From Candidatus Krumholzibacteriota bacterium (GTDB lineage: Bacteria; Krumholzibacteriota; Krumholzibacteriia; JAJRXK01), in assembly GCA_963764625.1 (NCBI GenBank), contig CAVXTH010000005.1, positions 453,532 to 517,531 of the forward strand: 64,000 nt of DNA. The letters are read 5' to 3'. Positions 28,776-37,781 of the stretch are shown here, one piece after another. The translations under genes and the position numbers were made by a program. The notes under the pieces were generated by a model, which saw nothing but the letters and a program-made list of their open reading frames with translations, was not told the DNA's origin and did no database searches. Every line of letters starts with the position of its first letter. The stretch's first letter is position 1.

Positions 28776-30041
28776 ATGAACCGACAATTCTCGATCCGCA
28801 AAGAGGGCGAGCACTATCACCTCACCTTCCACAACTATCAGGGTCCGGCCGAAGGCAAACAGATCGGCGCATGGCTGGAGCTGGAGGCGATCGATCCTCC
28901 GTCGGAGGAAGCACACGATCAGGCTCCGGGATTGAACCAGTACTTCCTCTGGCAGCCTATGAGTTTCCATCCCGATCTGCAGGCGTTGGTAGGAGCGGAG
29001 AAGCTGCCCAAAGTGACGCAACTGGTACAGAGACTGCGGCTCACCATCCTGGAAGGCGGGGAGCTTCTGCCCGAAATTCCGGGCGCGCCGGGTAAGTTCG
29101 GAAAGAGAACCACGGTGGCCGCGGACGCGAAAATCCATCACTCGCTCACCGAGGAGATGGAACACCTCCACGAGAGAGCGTGGCACAAGGGGACCAAAGC
29201 AATGATGCAGGCCCTGATCATCCGCGCCGTTCCTACCCTCATCCTCGTCCTCGTCGCCATCCTGCTCTACCACCACCTCGGCGATCACTACACCGAGATG
29301 AGCCTGGAAGACGCGCTGCACCGCGCCAACGAGCCTATCGTGAGTCAGAGCGTGCTGGGCAAGATCTGGAGCCCGGACTATTCGCACCACGTGCGCGTCC
29401 CGATCACCTCCGCCAATTTTGCCGGGGGAAGCCGCGTCATCTGCGGGGACGGGGATGTGCTCCACTTCGAGGGGGTGGCTGACATCCGGGCCATCCTCAA
29501 ACGAGCCTCCGACTACACCGGTCTGCCCCGCGTGGACGGCCTAGCCCACAATGGCGGGGTGGAAATCGAGAAACTCACGGCGGGGGGAAACGCGCTCTTG
29601 AGCAGTGGGGTCCTGACCCGCGAGACCCGGCTTCCCAGGTCCGCGGTCAAGCCCAAGCGGGTGTCGCCGGGCCTCGCTGGTGGCTTCCAAATCTACGATC
29701 AGCTCGACCCCACCGACGAGGTTGGGATCAACGCCCTTTCCGGAACCAAGATCAAGCTGGAAGGTGTTATCAAACAAGAGGATGCGGGGTTGGTCCTGCG
29801 CTTCAAGAACGGGGCGGGCGTGGTGCTGCATCCACGGCAGGAAGGATCGCCCTGCGATCACCTGCTGCGCTTGTTCGTCGATGATCCTAGTACTATTGAA
29901 GTAGATGGAGTCCTGTCCCGGGTGTATCTCCTGGTGGACCGCGAGGATCCCTTGCGTTCCCGCAGAGACACCCGTCTTGTCGGTGATTTCGCGGTTTACT
30001 CGGCTTCGGCCCAAAAGTATTACGCGGTCGATCAGAGGTGA
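28776..30041 (+). CDS. Hypothetical single-pass membrane protein
   Basis: Strong RBS (GAGGAGGGAG), 421 aa, one central TM helix, no recognised family. Confidence 0.7.
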   Translation: MNRQFSIRKEGEHYHLTFHNYQGPAEGKQIGAWLELEAIDPPSEEAHDQAPGLNQYFLWQPMSFHPDLQALVGAEKLPKVTQLVQRLRLTILEGGELLPEIPGAPGKFGKRTTVAADAKIHHSLTEEMEHLHERAWHKGTKAMMQALIIRAVPTLILVLVAILLYHHLGDHYTEMSLEDALHRANEPIVSQSVLGKIWSPDYSHHVRVPITSANFAGGSRVICGDGDVLHFEGVADIRAILKRASDYTGLPRVDGLAHNGGVEIEKLTAGGNALLSSGVLTRETRLPRSAVKPKRVSPGLAGGFQIYDQLDPTDEVGINALSGTKIKLEGVIKQEDAGLVLRFKNGAGVVLHPRQEGSPCDHLLRLFVDDPSTIEVDGVLSRVYLLVDREDPLRSRRDTRLVGDFAVYSASAQKYYAVDQR

Positions 30042-30114
30042 GAGGGCGACCTTTCGCGGGATTGGTTCGAATTCCCCACCACCTGGGCCTAAGGAAAGGT
30101 CCTGGAGCCGAGCA

Positions 30115-31542
30115 ATGACCCAACCCGTCCCCGGAGGGCGCGTCGCCCCCGAAGAAATCGAAGAACTGCTGCGCAAGTACGACCGCCCGGGACCGCGGTA
30201 CACTTCCTATCCCACCGCACCGGTCTGGACGGACGAGTGGAGCGCGCAGGACTATCAGGGGCGCCTTTCCGCCCTGAAGAGCTCGCTCGAAAAGGGCGTG
30301 GACCGGCCACTCTCCCTCTACTTCCACATTCCCTTCTGTGAGGAACGCTGTCTCTTCTGCGGCTGCAACGTGGTCATCAGCCGGCGCAAGGAAGTTGCCC
30401 ATCCCTATCTGGAACGCCTGAAGAAGGAAATCGACCTCACGGTCGCGCGCGTGGGCGAGAAGCGAAAAGTGGTGCAGATGCACCTGGGAGGCGGAACACC
30501 CACCTATTTCACTCCGGAGCAACTCACCGAACTCATGGACCACGTGAAGGCGCACTTCGATCTGCAGCCCCTACACGACGAAGTTTCGATCGAGACTGAT
30601 CCCTGCGTGACCACGCGCGAGCACCTCGTGGCTTTGCGCGAAATGGGGTTCACCCGTATGTCAATGGGTCTGCAAGATCTCGACCCGAAAGTGCAGGAGA
30701 CCATTCATCGGGTGCAGCCCGACGAACTGACCAATCGCTACTACCAGTGGTGCCGTGAGCTGGGCTTCACTTCGGTGAACATCGATCTCATTTACGGCCT
30801 TCCGTATCAGACCGAGGAGAGCTTTCAAAAAACGCTGGAGCGCGTGACCGAGTGGAGGCCCGACCGGGTGGCGGTGTTCAACTACGCGCACGTTCCGTGG
30901 ATCAAGAAGCACCAGAGCCTGATGCCCGAGGAGGCGCTTCCCGACCCCGCCCTCAAACTGCGGATCATCGGCATGACCTTCGCGCACTTCCAGAAGCACG
31001 GCTACGAAGCGATCGGCCTCGATCACTTTGCTTTGCCCGACGACGAATTGGCGGTGGCGCGCCGCCAGGAGACGCTGCGCCGCAACTTCATGGGTTACTC
31101 GACCCTGCCCGAGACCGACATCCTGGCCTTCGGGGTATCGAGTATCAGCGAAGTCGCCGGCGCCTACAGCCAGAACCACGCGCACTTCGCCAAGTGGAAC
31201 AAGTCAATCGACGCCGGAGAGTTTCCCGCGTTCCGTGGGGTTAGCCTGAGCCGCGATGACCTTTTGCGGCGCGAGGTGATCATGGGGATCATGAACAACC
31301 TCGCTCTTTCATTCGCGCCCATCGAGGAGAATTTCGAGATCGATTTCACCGAGTATTTCGCCGAAGCGCTCGAGCAGTTGAAGGGTCCGGTCGAGGATGG
31401 TCTGGTCGAGATCACGCCGGGTCGTCTGCAGGTGACGCGAAAGGGCCAACTCCTGGTGCGCAACGTGGCGATGGCCTTCGATGCCTACCTGAAAGCTCCG
31501 AGCGACGAAGCGGACAGCCCGCGCTTCAGCCGTACCGTCTAG
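30115..31542 (+). CDS. hemN: Oxygen-independent coproporphyrinogen III oxidase
   Basis: GPRYTSYPTA, YFHIPFCEERCLFCGC, GGGTPT, IGLDHFA, LRRNFMGY and C-terminal RFSRTV. Confidence 0.95.
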   Translation: MTQPVPGGRVAPEEIEELLRKYDRPGPRYTSYPTAPVWTDEWSAQDYQGRLSALKSSLEKGVDRPLSLYFHIPFCEERCLFCGCNVVISRRKEVAHPYLERLKKEIDLTVARVGEKRKVVQMHLGGGTPTYFTPEQLTELMDHVKAHFDLQPLHDEVSIETDPCVTTREHLVALREMGFTRMSMGLQDLDPKVQETIHRVQPDELTNRYYQWCRELGFTSVNIDLIYGLPYQTEESFQKTLERVTEWRPDRVAVFNYAHVPWIKKHQSLMPEEALPDPALKLRIIGMTFAHFQKHGYEAIGLDHFALPDDELAVARRQETLRRNFMGYSTLPETDILAFGVSSISEVAGAYSQNHAHFAKWNKSIDAGEFPAFRGVSLSRDDLLRREVIMGIMNNLALSFAPIEENFEIDFTEYFAEALEQLKGPVEDGLVEITPGRLQVTRKGQLLVRNVAMAFDAYLKAPSDEADSPRFSRTV

Positions 31543-31823
31543 GCGAGAGTGTCGAGCAGCTTCAGGATCGTCCTCCCCAGCTCATCGATGTTCTGCTTCA
31601 ACCGCAGTAGGCGGCGGTTGTCACTCTCGGCCGAGCGGACGATGGCCATGAGTTGAGCCAGCTTCTCCACGTCGGCCGGCTTGGGAAAGAGCTCCTGAAT
31701 CTCCGTATCCGTGAACGAAGTGAGCGAAGAGGCAGCGCTCGCCAGATTCTCGTCGGTACGCTTGGCGGCGTCGCGGGCGGCTCGCCTGGCTTTGGTCCGC
31801 AGCTTCTCGAAATCCATGGACAT
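31539..31823 (-). CDS. Small helical hypothetical protein
   Basis: RBS AAGGAGAG, 94 aa, co-oriented downstream of the lipoprotein gene. Confidence 0.7.
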   Translation of the reverse strand: MSMDFEKLRTKARRAARDAAKRTDENLASAASSLTSFTDTEIQELFPKPADVEKLAQLMAIVRSAESDNRRLLRLKQNIDELGRTILKLLDTLA

Positions 31824-31842
31824 GATTGCTCTCCTTGCCGGC

Positions 31843-32568
31843 TCAATCCGCGTTTTGACTTTGTAGCTTGTCCAGGATCTCCTTCATCCTTGCGAGGAAG
31901 TCCTGGGTCATCTGATAGGCGTCGACCGCCTGGCCTTTCTTGCCCACGAGTTCGTTCACCGTGGAGTCCATGTCGGCCACGAAGTCGCGCAGTGCGCCCT
32001 CATTCACCCCGGCCCGCGCGAGGTAATTCTGACGGGTCTGCTCCACTTCGGCAGCCGAGGACAGGAACGAAGTGAGCGCGGTATTGATGGCTTTGGCCTG
32101 AGTATAGTCCTCGCGCAGACGCTGCTCGAGCTCCCTCTCGATCTGGTAGAGGGGCAGAAGCATCTCGTTACGCTTGGCGCTGATCTCTTCCATGAGGGCG
32201 GGCGCCACGTTCAGAAGGTAGCCCGAGCGGTCTTCTTCCGATCCACTTTGCACCACCTGACTCCATGCCGCCTGCATCTCTGGGTCGGAGAAGAACTCCC
32301 TGGTGAAGGTGGGCGTCCACTCGTGGTTGACGAACTCGTTCACGCGCGCGCGCCGTTCGTCCATGTAATGGTGAAGGAGGGCCAGATGGGCACTCTCCAG
32401 AGCCTGTAGGCGACTGCCTAACTCGTTGGAGAGCTCCGGCGCCCGCGCGGGAATACTGGCGCACGCAGTCATCCCGAGAGCAAGCAGTCCGATAAAGGCC
32501 AGGCAAACGAATCGCGCGGTCGGGGTTCGTGCTTCATGAAATGCTCTGCGGGGGCGAGGCTGAGGCAT
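31843..32568 (-). CDS. Hypothetical coiled-coil lipoprotein
   Basis: GGAGG RBS, hydrophobic segment plus MTA-C lipobox, long amphipathic helices. Confidence 0.75.
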   Translation of the reverse strand: MPQPRPRRAFHEARTPTARFVCLAFIGLLALGMTACASIPARAPELSNELGSRLQALESAHLALLHHYMDERRARVNEFVNHEWTPTFTREFFSDPEMQAAWSQVVQSGSEEDRSGYLLNVAPALMEEISAKRNEMLLPLYQIERELEQRLREDYTQAKAINTALTSFLSSAAEVEQTRQNYLARAGVNEGALRDFVADMDSTVNELVGKKGQAVDAYQMTQDFLARMKEILDKLQSQNAD

Positions 32569-32777
32569 GCGTGACCTCCGGCGATCGAGGATACGGCACT
32601 AGCACTTGGCGTTCACTTCGCGTCTTCTCGAAGTGAGGGGCCGCCGTGGCGGACCGATGGTACCGCGCGAGGGAAAAGATGTGCAAGATCCGTCGACGCA
32701 AAGGCGGCTCAGCGAGTACAATCGGCACGCAAGCCGTCTTTCGACGAATCACCCTTCGAGGGGAGGAAGAAACGACG

Positions 32778-33695
32778 ATGGCGCAGAAGCACTCGAATAA
32801 GCCGCGCTCGAGCAAGCACAGCGACGGCAAAGATGTCCATCGGGACGGCCGCCACGCTTCGGGAGACGAGATCCGGCAGTTCATCGGCGTCATCGCGCTG
32901 GTGGTCATCGCCCTGGGCTTCGGCGCGTTGCTTCTCTTTCCCCGCCTGCGTCCAGGCTATACGGACAAGGCCGAAGCGGAAGCTGCCTCGCGCGAGAAGC
33001 TCTACGTGTTGGCGGCGGCCAGCCTCAACGGAGTCTTGAACGATGCGGTGAAGAGCTACGAAACCGCCGATTCCACCATGGCGATCCAACTCTCCTGCGC
33101 CAACAGTAATCTTCTGCGGCATCAAATCGAACGCGGCGCACCAGTCGACCTCTATATCTCCGCCGCACCCGAACACGTCGACGCGCTCATCGACCACGGA
33201 TGGGTGAAACCGGAGAACCGTTTCAAGCTGTGGACCACCGAACTGGTACTGGTGGCCCAAGCAAAAAACACGGTTCAGGAGGGCGTGAAAGACATGCTGC
33301 TCAATGCCTCGCGCATCGCCATCGGTGACGTGGGCGTTCCGGTGGGCGAGTACGCGCGCCAGTCGATCGCCGGCATGGGCCTTCAGGCCGACTTGAAAGA
33401 CAAGCTGATTCCCATGGTCGACGAGCCGGCGGTGCGTAATGCCGTCGTTAGTGGAGCCTGCGATCTGGGCATCGCCTACAAGGCCGCGGTTCACGCCGCT
33501 CACGAAGGAGCGAAAGTGAAGATCGTCGCCACCCTTTCCGAGCGCACGCACGAGCCCATTCTCTACGTGGGCGCCATCCTGAGCGACGCGAAACATCCGC
33601 AGGAGGCACTCGCCTTCCTCCATTTCCTGCGCGAGGGAAAGGGCAGGGAAATCCTGGAAGCTGCGGGCTTCGAAGCTACGGCGGAGATGCGTTGA
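32778..33695 (+). CDS. modA: Molybdate ABC transporter substrate-binding protein
   Basis: AAASL, QIERGAPVDLYISA, VPVGEYA and HEPILY motifs. Located in an operon with modBC. Confidence 0.85.
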   Translation: MAQKHSNKPRSSKHSDGKDVHRDGRHASGDEIRQFIGVIALVVIALGFGALLLFPRLRPGYTDKAEAEAASREKLYVLAAASLNGVLNDAVKSYETADSTMAIQLSCANSNLLRHQIERGAPVDLYISAAPEHVDALIDHGWVKPENRFKLWTTELVLVAQAKNTVQEGVKDMLLNASRIAIGDVGVPVGEYARQSIAGMGLQADLKDKLIPMVDEPAVRNAVVSGACDLGIAYKAAVHAAHEGAKVKIVATLSERTHEPILYVGAILSDAKHPQEALAFLHFLREGKGREILEAAGFEATAEMR

Positions 33696-34363
33696 TTCTC
33701 TCCGGGGTGGAATGGACCGCCTTGGGGATCTCCCTCAAGGTGGCGAGCGCGGCCCTTGTGCTCATGGTGATTCCCGGAGTTCCTTTGGCCTGGCTTTTGG
33801 CGCGCCGGAAGTTTCCCGGCCGCACCCTCCTGGAGGCCGCCGCGAGTCTGCCCTTGGTTTTGCCGCCGGTGGTCACCGGCTACCTGCTTCTGTGGGCGCT
33901 CTCCCCTTCGGGATCGATGGGGCGTGGGCTGCACCGTATCTTGGGCTTCGATCTGGTGTTCACCTGGGAGGCGGCGACCCTGGCAGCCGCGGTGGTGTCC
34001 TTCCCCCTCTTCTTGCGCGCCATGCGAAGCGCCATCGAGTCGGTCGATGTGAATCTGGAGGAGGCTGCCGCCAATCTGGGCGCGTCTCCGATGCGTGTAT
34101 TTTGGAGCGTGACCTTCCCCCTGGCGCGTCACGGATTCGTGGCCGGGGCCATTCTGGGGTTTTCACGCGCTCTGGGAGAATTCGGGGCGACGATTCTGGT
34201 GGCGGGAAACATTCCCGGCCGCACGCAGACCATTCCGCTGGCAATCTTCTCCCTCACGAACACCCACGAGTTGAGCGCGGCCTGGCCACTGGTGCTGACC
34301 GTGTCGATCCTCTCCTTCGTGTTGGTCGCGCTGGCCGATCGCGTGATTCGAAAGGGACGCTGA
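33692..34363 (+). CDS. modB: Molybdate ABC transporter permease
   Basis: LPLVLPPVVTGY, EEAAANLGA and FSRALGEFGAT. Confidence 0.92.
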   Translation: MILSGVEWTALGISLKVASAALVLMVIPGVPLAWLLARRKFPGRTLLEAAASLPLVLPPVVTGYLLLWALSPSGSMGRGLHRILGFDLVFTWEAATLAAAVVSFPLFLRAMRSAIESVDVNLEEAAANLGASPMRVFWSVTFPLARHGFVAGAILGFSRALGEFGATILVAGNIPGRTQTIPLAIFSLTNTHELSAAWPLVLTVSILSFVLVALADRVIRKGR

Positions 34364-34365
34364 GC

Positions 34366-35457
34366 ATGCTCGACCTCGACCTGAATCTGCAGCGTCCGGG
34401 CGGGTTTCATTTGCGCCTGCAACTGAAGACGGACGCCGCCGTAACCGTGCTCTACGGAGCCTCGGGCGCGGGGAAGACCACGGTGCTCGATCTCATCAGT
34501 GGCGCGTGTCGGCCCGACCGGGGACACGTTCAGGTCGACGGGATTTCCCTCTTCGATTCCACCCGTGGCATCGACTTGCCGGCGCGAGCGCGGCGTACTC
34601 CCCGTGTATACCAGGAGGGAAGGCTCTTTCCTCACCTGAGCGTGCGTGAAAACCTTCTCTACGGTGCGGGGGATGAGCGGGAGTTGCGCGAAGTGGTGGA
34701 GGTATTGGAGATCGAGTCCTATTTGGAGCGTCGGCCCCGTGAGCTTTCGGGGGGACAGCGCCAGCGGGTGGCGGTGGGTCGCGCGATTTTGGCGCGGCCG
34801 CGCGCTCTGCTTTTGGACGAACCGTTGGCTTCGCTCGATCTCGCCCTGCGTTTTCGAATTCTCCCCTACCTGCGCGCGCTACGGGTTCGCTTTCAGATTC
34901 CCTTCGTCTACGTCACCCACTCCACCGAAGAGGCTCTGCTCCTCGGAGACGAGGTCGCGCTCTTGAAGGACGGAGAACTCGCGGCCCACGGTCCAGCGGC
35001 GCAGGTACTTTCCACTGCTCCCGGCGCTCCCCTGCCCGAGGTACAGGCGGGAGACACCCTGCTCCAGGCGACCCTGCGCGCGCATCTGGCCAGCGAAGGA
35101 ATGAGCGAGTTCGTTCTGGGCGAGGCGATACTGTACGGTCCCCCGCTTCCGCGCGAGGTGCTGGGCGTACGGGTGTTCCTGGCCCTTTCCGCCCGCGACG
35201 TGATCCTCGCGCGTGAAGCCCCTCAGGGCTTGAGCGCGCGCAACGTCGTGGCGGCGCGCATCGTCCGTCTCACGACCCTGCGCGAGCGGGTGTACGCCAC
35301 CGTCACTCTTCGGGGAGCCCCACGCGAATCGGCGCAGCTGACCGTCGCCCTGACGCGACAGTCTGTGCAGGAAATGCAGCTGGACGAGGGCGTGAGCGTG
35401 GTGGCCATCTTCAAGGCGAGCGCGCTGCGGCCAATCACGCCGCGAGAGGAAGGCTGA
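34366..35457 (+). CDS. modC: Molybdate ABC transporter ATPase with TOBE domain
   Basis: GASGAGKT, LFPHLSV, LSGGQRQR, LLDEP and SARN. Confidence 0.92.
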   Translation: MLDLDLNLQRPGGFHLRLQLKTDAAVTVLYGASGAGKTTVLDLISGACRPDRGHVQVDGISLFDSTRGIDLPARARRTPRVYQEGRLFPHLSVRENLLYGAGDERELREVVEVLEIESYLERRPRELSGGQRQRVAVGRAILARPRALLLDEPLASLDLALRFRILPYLRALRVRFQIPFVYVTHSTEEALLLGDEVALLKDGELAAHGPAAQVLSTAPGAPLPEVQAGDTLLQATLRAHLASEGMSEFVLGEAILYGPPLPREVLGVRVFLALSARDVILAREAPQGLSARNVVAARIVRLTTLRERVYATVTLRGAPRESAQLTVALTRQSVQEMQLDEGVSVVAIFKASALRPITPREEG

Positions 35458-35464
35458 GGCACCC

Positions 35465-36004
35465 ATGCAAGAACTGGGCGGAGTCGCCGGAACCATCGGC
35501 ATCTACATTGGCTACGTGGCATGGCTGCTCGCCATGGGTGTCGCTCTGCTCTCGATCCCCATCGGGATTCCCGGGGGTTGGATTGCGCTTGCCTTGGCCG
35601 TGCTCTACGACCTTTTCTGGAATTTTCACGCGCTGGGCTGGAAGGCGTTGGCCCTCTTCGCGCTGCTGCTCGTAATCGGGGAAGTGGTGGAAGCGCTGCT
35701 CGGCAGCCTCTACGTGGCCAGGAAGGGTGCGACGCGCTACGGGGTGATCGGTGCGCTGGTGGGTGGTCTGGTGGGAGCGGTCGCGGGGAGCGCGGTGATG
35801 CCGCTCTTCGGCACCCTACTCGGCTCGTTCGTGGGCGCATTCCTCGGCGCGGTGGGCGGAGAATATCTGCGCGAGCAACGCCTGCAGCCCTCGGTGCAAG
35901 TGGGGATGTACGCGTTGATCGGCAAGGTCGCGGCCAGCGGTATCAAATTCATCTTGGCTCTGGCGGCGGTGGTGAGCGCCGCGATTGTGGCCTGGCCTGG
36001 ATGA
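35465..36004 (+). CDS. DUF456-family membrane protein
   Basis: GIPGGW motif, glycine-rich TM segments and GAFLGAVGGEY. Confidence 0.75.
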   Translation: MQELGGVAGTIGIYIGYVAWLLAMGVALLSIPIGIPGGWIALALAVLYDLFWNFHALGWKALALFALLLVIGEVVEALLGSLYVARKGATRYGVIGALVGGLVGAVAGSAVMPLFGTLLGSFVGAFLGAVGGEYLREQRLQPSVQVGMYALIGKVAASGIKFILALAAVVSAAIVAWPG

Positions 36005-36049
36005 GATTTCGGCCGGTCGGCGGTTCCCGATAGATCTTGAACTCTTGCA

Positions 36050-36355
36050 TCAGCCCTCCCATGCGCAACGCGATAGATCGACCCGGCCGGATTTCAGGAA
36101 CTGCACCCTCTCATCTCGCAGCAACTCCTCCTGCAGCATTCCCGACTCGTCCTGAAGCGAGATCCGTCCGCCCGCGCCCAGAACCCGCTGCCAGGGCACG
36201 GCGGAATTCTCCGGAAGGTTCTTGAGCGCCCGTCCCACCAGCCGCGCGCGCCCGGGCAGGCCGGCAGCCGCGGCGATTTGACCGTAGGTGGCCACCTTCC
36301 CCGGAGGGATCTCCGAGACCACAGCCCAGATGAGTTCGTAGTCAGTGCTGCGCAT
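36050..36355 (-). CDS. Alkyltransferase-like protein (MGMT family, Trp-type)
   Basis: IPPGKVATYGQIA and ARLVG motifs. PWQRV replaces the catalytic PCHR. Confidence 0.88.
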   Translation of the reverse strand: MRSTDYELIWAVVSEIPPGKVATYGQIAAAAGLPGRARLVGRALKNLPENSAVPWQRVLGAGGRISLQDESGMLQEELLRDERVQFLKSGRVDLSRCAWEG

Positions 36356-36490
36356 GCCTGGCACCGTCGTTCTGCGGCTCCGGGATGAGAGGAACTCTGA
36401 TTGTGGACCATGCGGCTCTCGGAGGCTAGAATCCAACGGTGTCCATCAATGCCGTCGCCCTGACGACTCGCTTCGAAAGAGATCGCCTCG

Positions 36491-37744
36491 ATGTTCGAAC
36501 GCTTCCAGCAGTGGCTTCAGGAGCACGGATCGAAGGTCTGGCTGGCCCACGATCTCGCGGTTCTCCTCCAGGTCGTCCTCATCCTCCTCGCCGCGTGGCT
36601 CAGCGATTTCATCGTCAAGCGCGTACTGCACCGGTTCATCCTACCCATCGTAAAGCGTAGCCGCACGAGCTGGGATGACGCCATCGTCCGGCGCGGTGTG
36701 CTCGGCAAGCTCGCCCACCTCATCCCGGCCTGGTTGATATTCACCTTTCTACCGCCGGTTCTGGAGCCGTACCCGCGCCTAAGCGCCTTGGCTGCCAATT
36801 TCGTAGAGGCCTACATCATTCTCATGGTGACCCTGGCCCTGTCCTCGTTGATCGCCGCGGCACAGGATATCGCGCGTGAACACGAGATCGCACGGCACGC
36901 CCCCACCGAGATCATCAGCCAGGCCCTGCGTATCGTGGCGTGGTTCATCGGTTTCATTCTCATCTTGTCCGCATTGGTCGATCGCTCTCCGCTCGTGTTC
37001 TTCAGCGGGCTTGGAGCGATGACCGCAGTGCTCATGTTGATCTTCAAAGACAGTCTCTTGGGACTGGTGGCGGGGCTGCAGATCGCGAGCAACGATTTGG
37101 TGTCTGAAGGAGATTGGATCGAGATTCCCAAGTACGGCGCCGATGGAACGGTCACCGAAGTGGGCTTGATGACGGTCAAGGTGCAAAACTGGGACAAGAC
37201 GATCTCCTCGGTGCCTACCTACGCGCTGATCAGCGATTCGTTCAAGAACTGGCGCGGCATGGAACTCTCCGGAGGGCGACGCATCAAGCGTTCGGTCAGT
37301 CTCGACATGACAAGCGTACGATTTTGCGACAAGGAGATGCGCGAGCGCTTTTTGAAGATCCAGTACCTCCGCGATCATATCGAGAGCAAGACGAAGGAAC
37401 TCGCGGCGTGGAACAAGGAGCGTGCGGTCGATGAAGGAGTCTTGGTCAACGGCCGGCGGCTCACGAACCTGGGCTGCTTCCGCGCGTATCTCGAGGCATA
37501 TTTGAAGCACCATCCCCAGATCCACGCTGAAGGCATGACCTTCATCGTGAGGCACTTGCCGCCGGGTCCCACAGGGCTTCCGATCGAAGTTTATGTGTTT
37601 TCCAAGGACCAGCGTTGGGTGCAATATGAGGCAATCCAAGCTGACATCTTCGATCACATTCTAGCGGTGATCCCTCAATTCGACCTGCGGGTCTTCCAAG
37701 AACCCACGGGTAGCGATTTTCAGCGATTGAGTTCGCGGGCATGA
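36491..37744 (+). CDS. MscS-family mechanosensitive channel (YbdG-like)
   Basis: GLGAMTAVLMLIFKDSLLGLVAG, GDWIEIP, QNWDKTI and FKNWRGM..SGGRRIKRS. Confidence 0.92.
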   Translation: MFERFQQWLQEHGSKVWLAHDLAVLLQVVLILLAAWLSDFIVKRVLHRFILPIVKRSRTSWDDAIVRRGVLGKLAHLIPAWLIFTFLPPVLEPYPRLSALAANFVEAYIILMVTLALSSLIAAAQDIAREHEIARHAPTEIISQALRIVAWFIGFILILSALVDRSPLVFFSGLGAMTAVLMLIFKDSLLGLVAGLQIASNDLVSEGDWIEIPKYGADGTVTEVGLMTVKVQNWDKTISSVPTYALISDSFKNWRGMELSGGRRIKRSVSLDMTSVRFCDKEMRERFLKIQYLRDHIESKTKELAAWNKERAVDEGVLVNGRRLTNLGCFRAYLEAYLKHHPQIHAEGMTFIVRHLPPGPTGLPIEVYVFSKDQRWVQYEAIQADIFDHILAVIPQFDLRVFQEPTGSDFQRLSSRA

Positions 37745-37781
37745 GCGCCCCTGAACTTCCACCAACCACTGGAGCACGATC

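Noticed and set aside
30040-30090. tRNA fragment (GGTTCGAATTCCC)
   Set aside because: The T-stem does not pair and no cloverleaf can be built.
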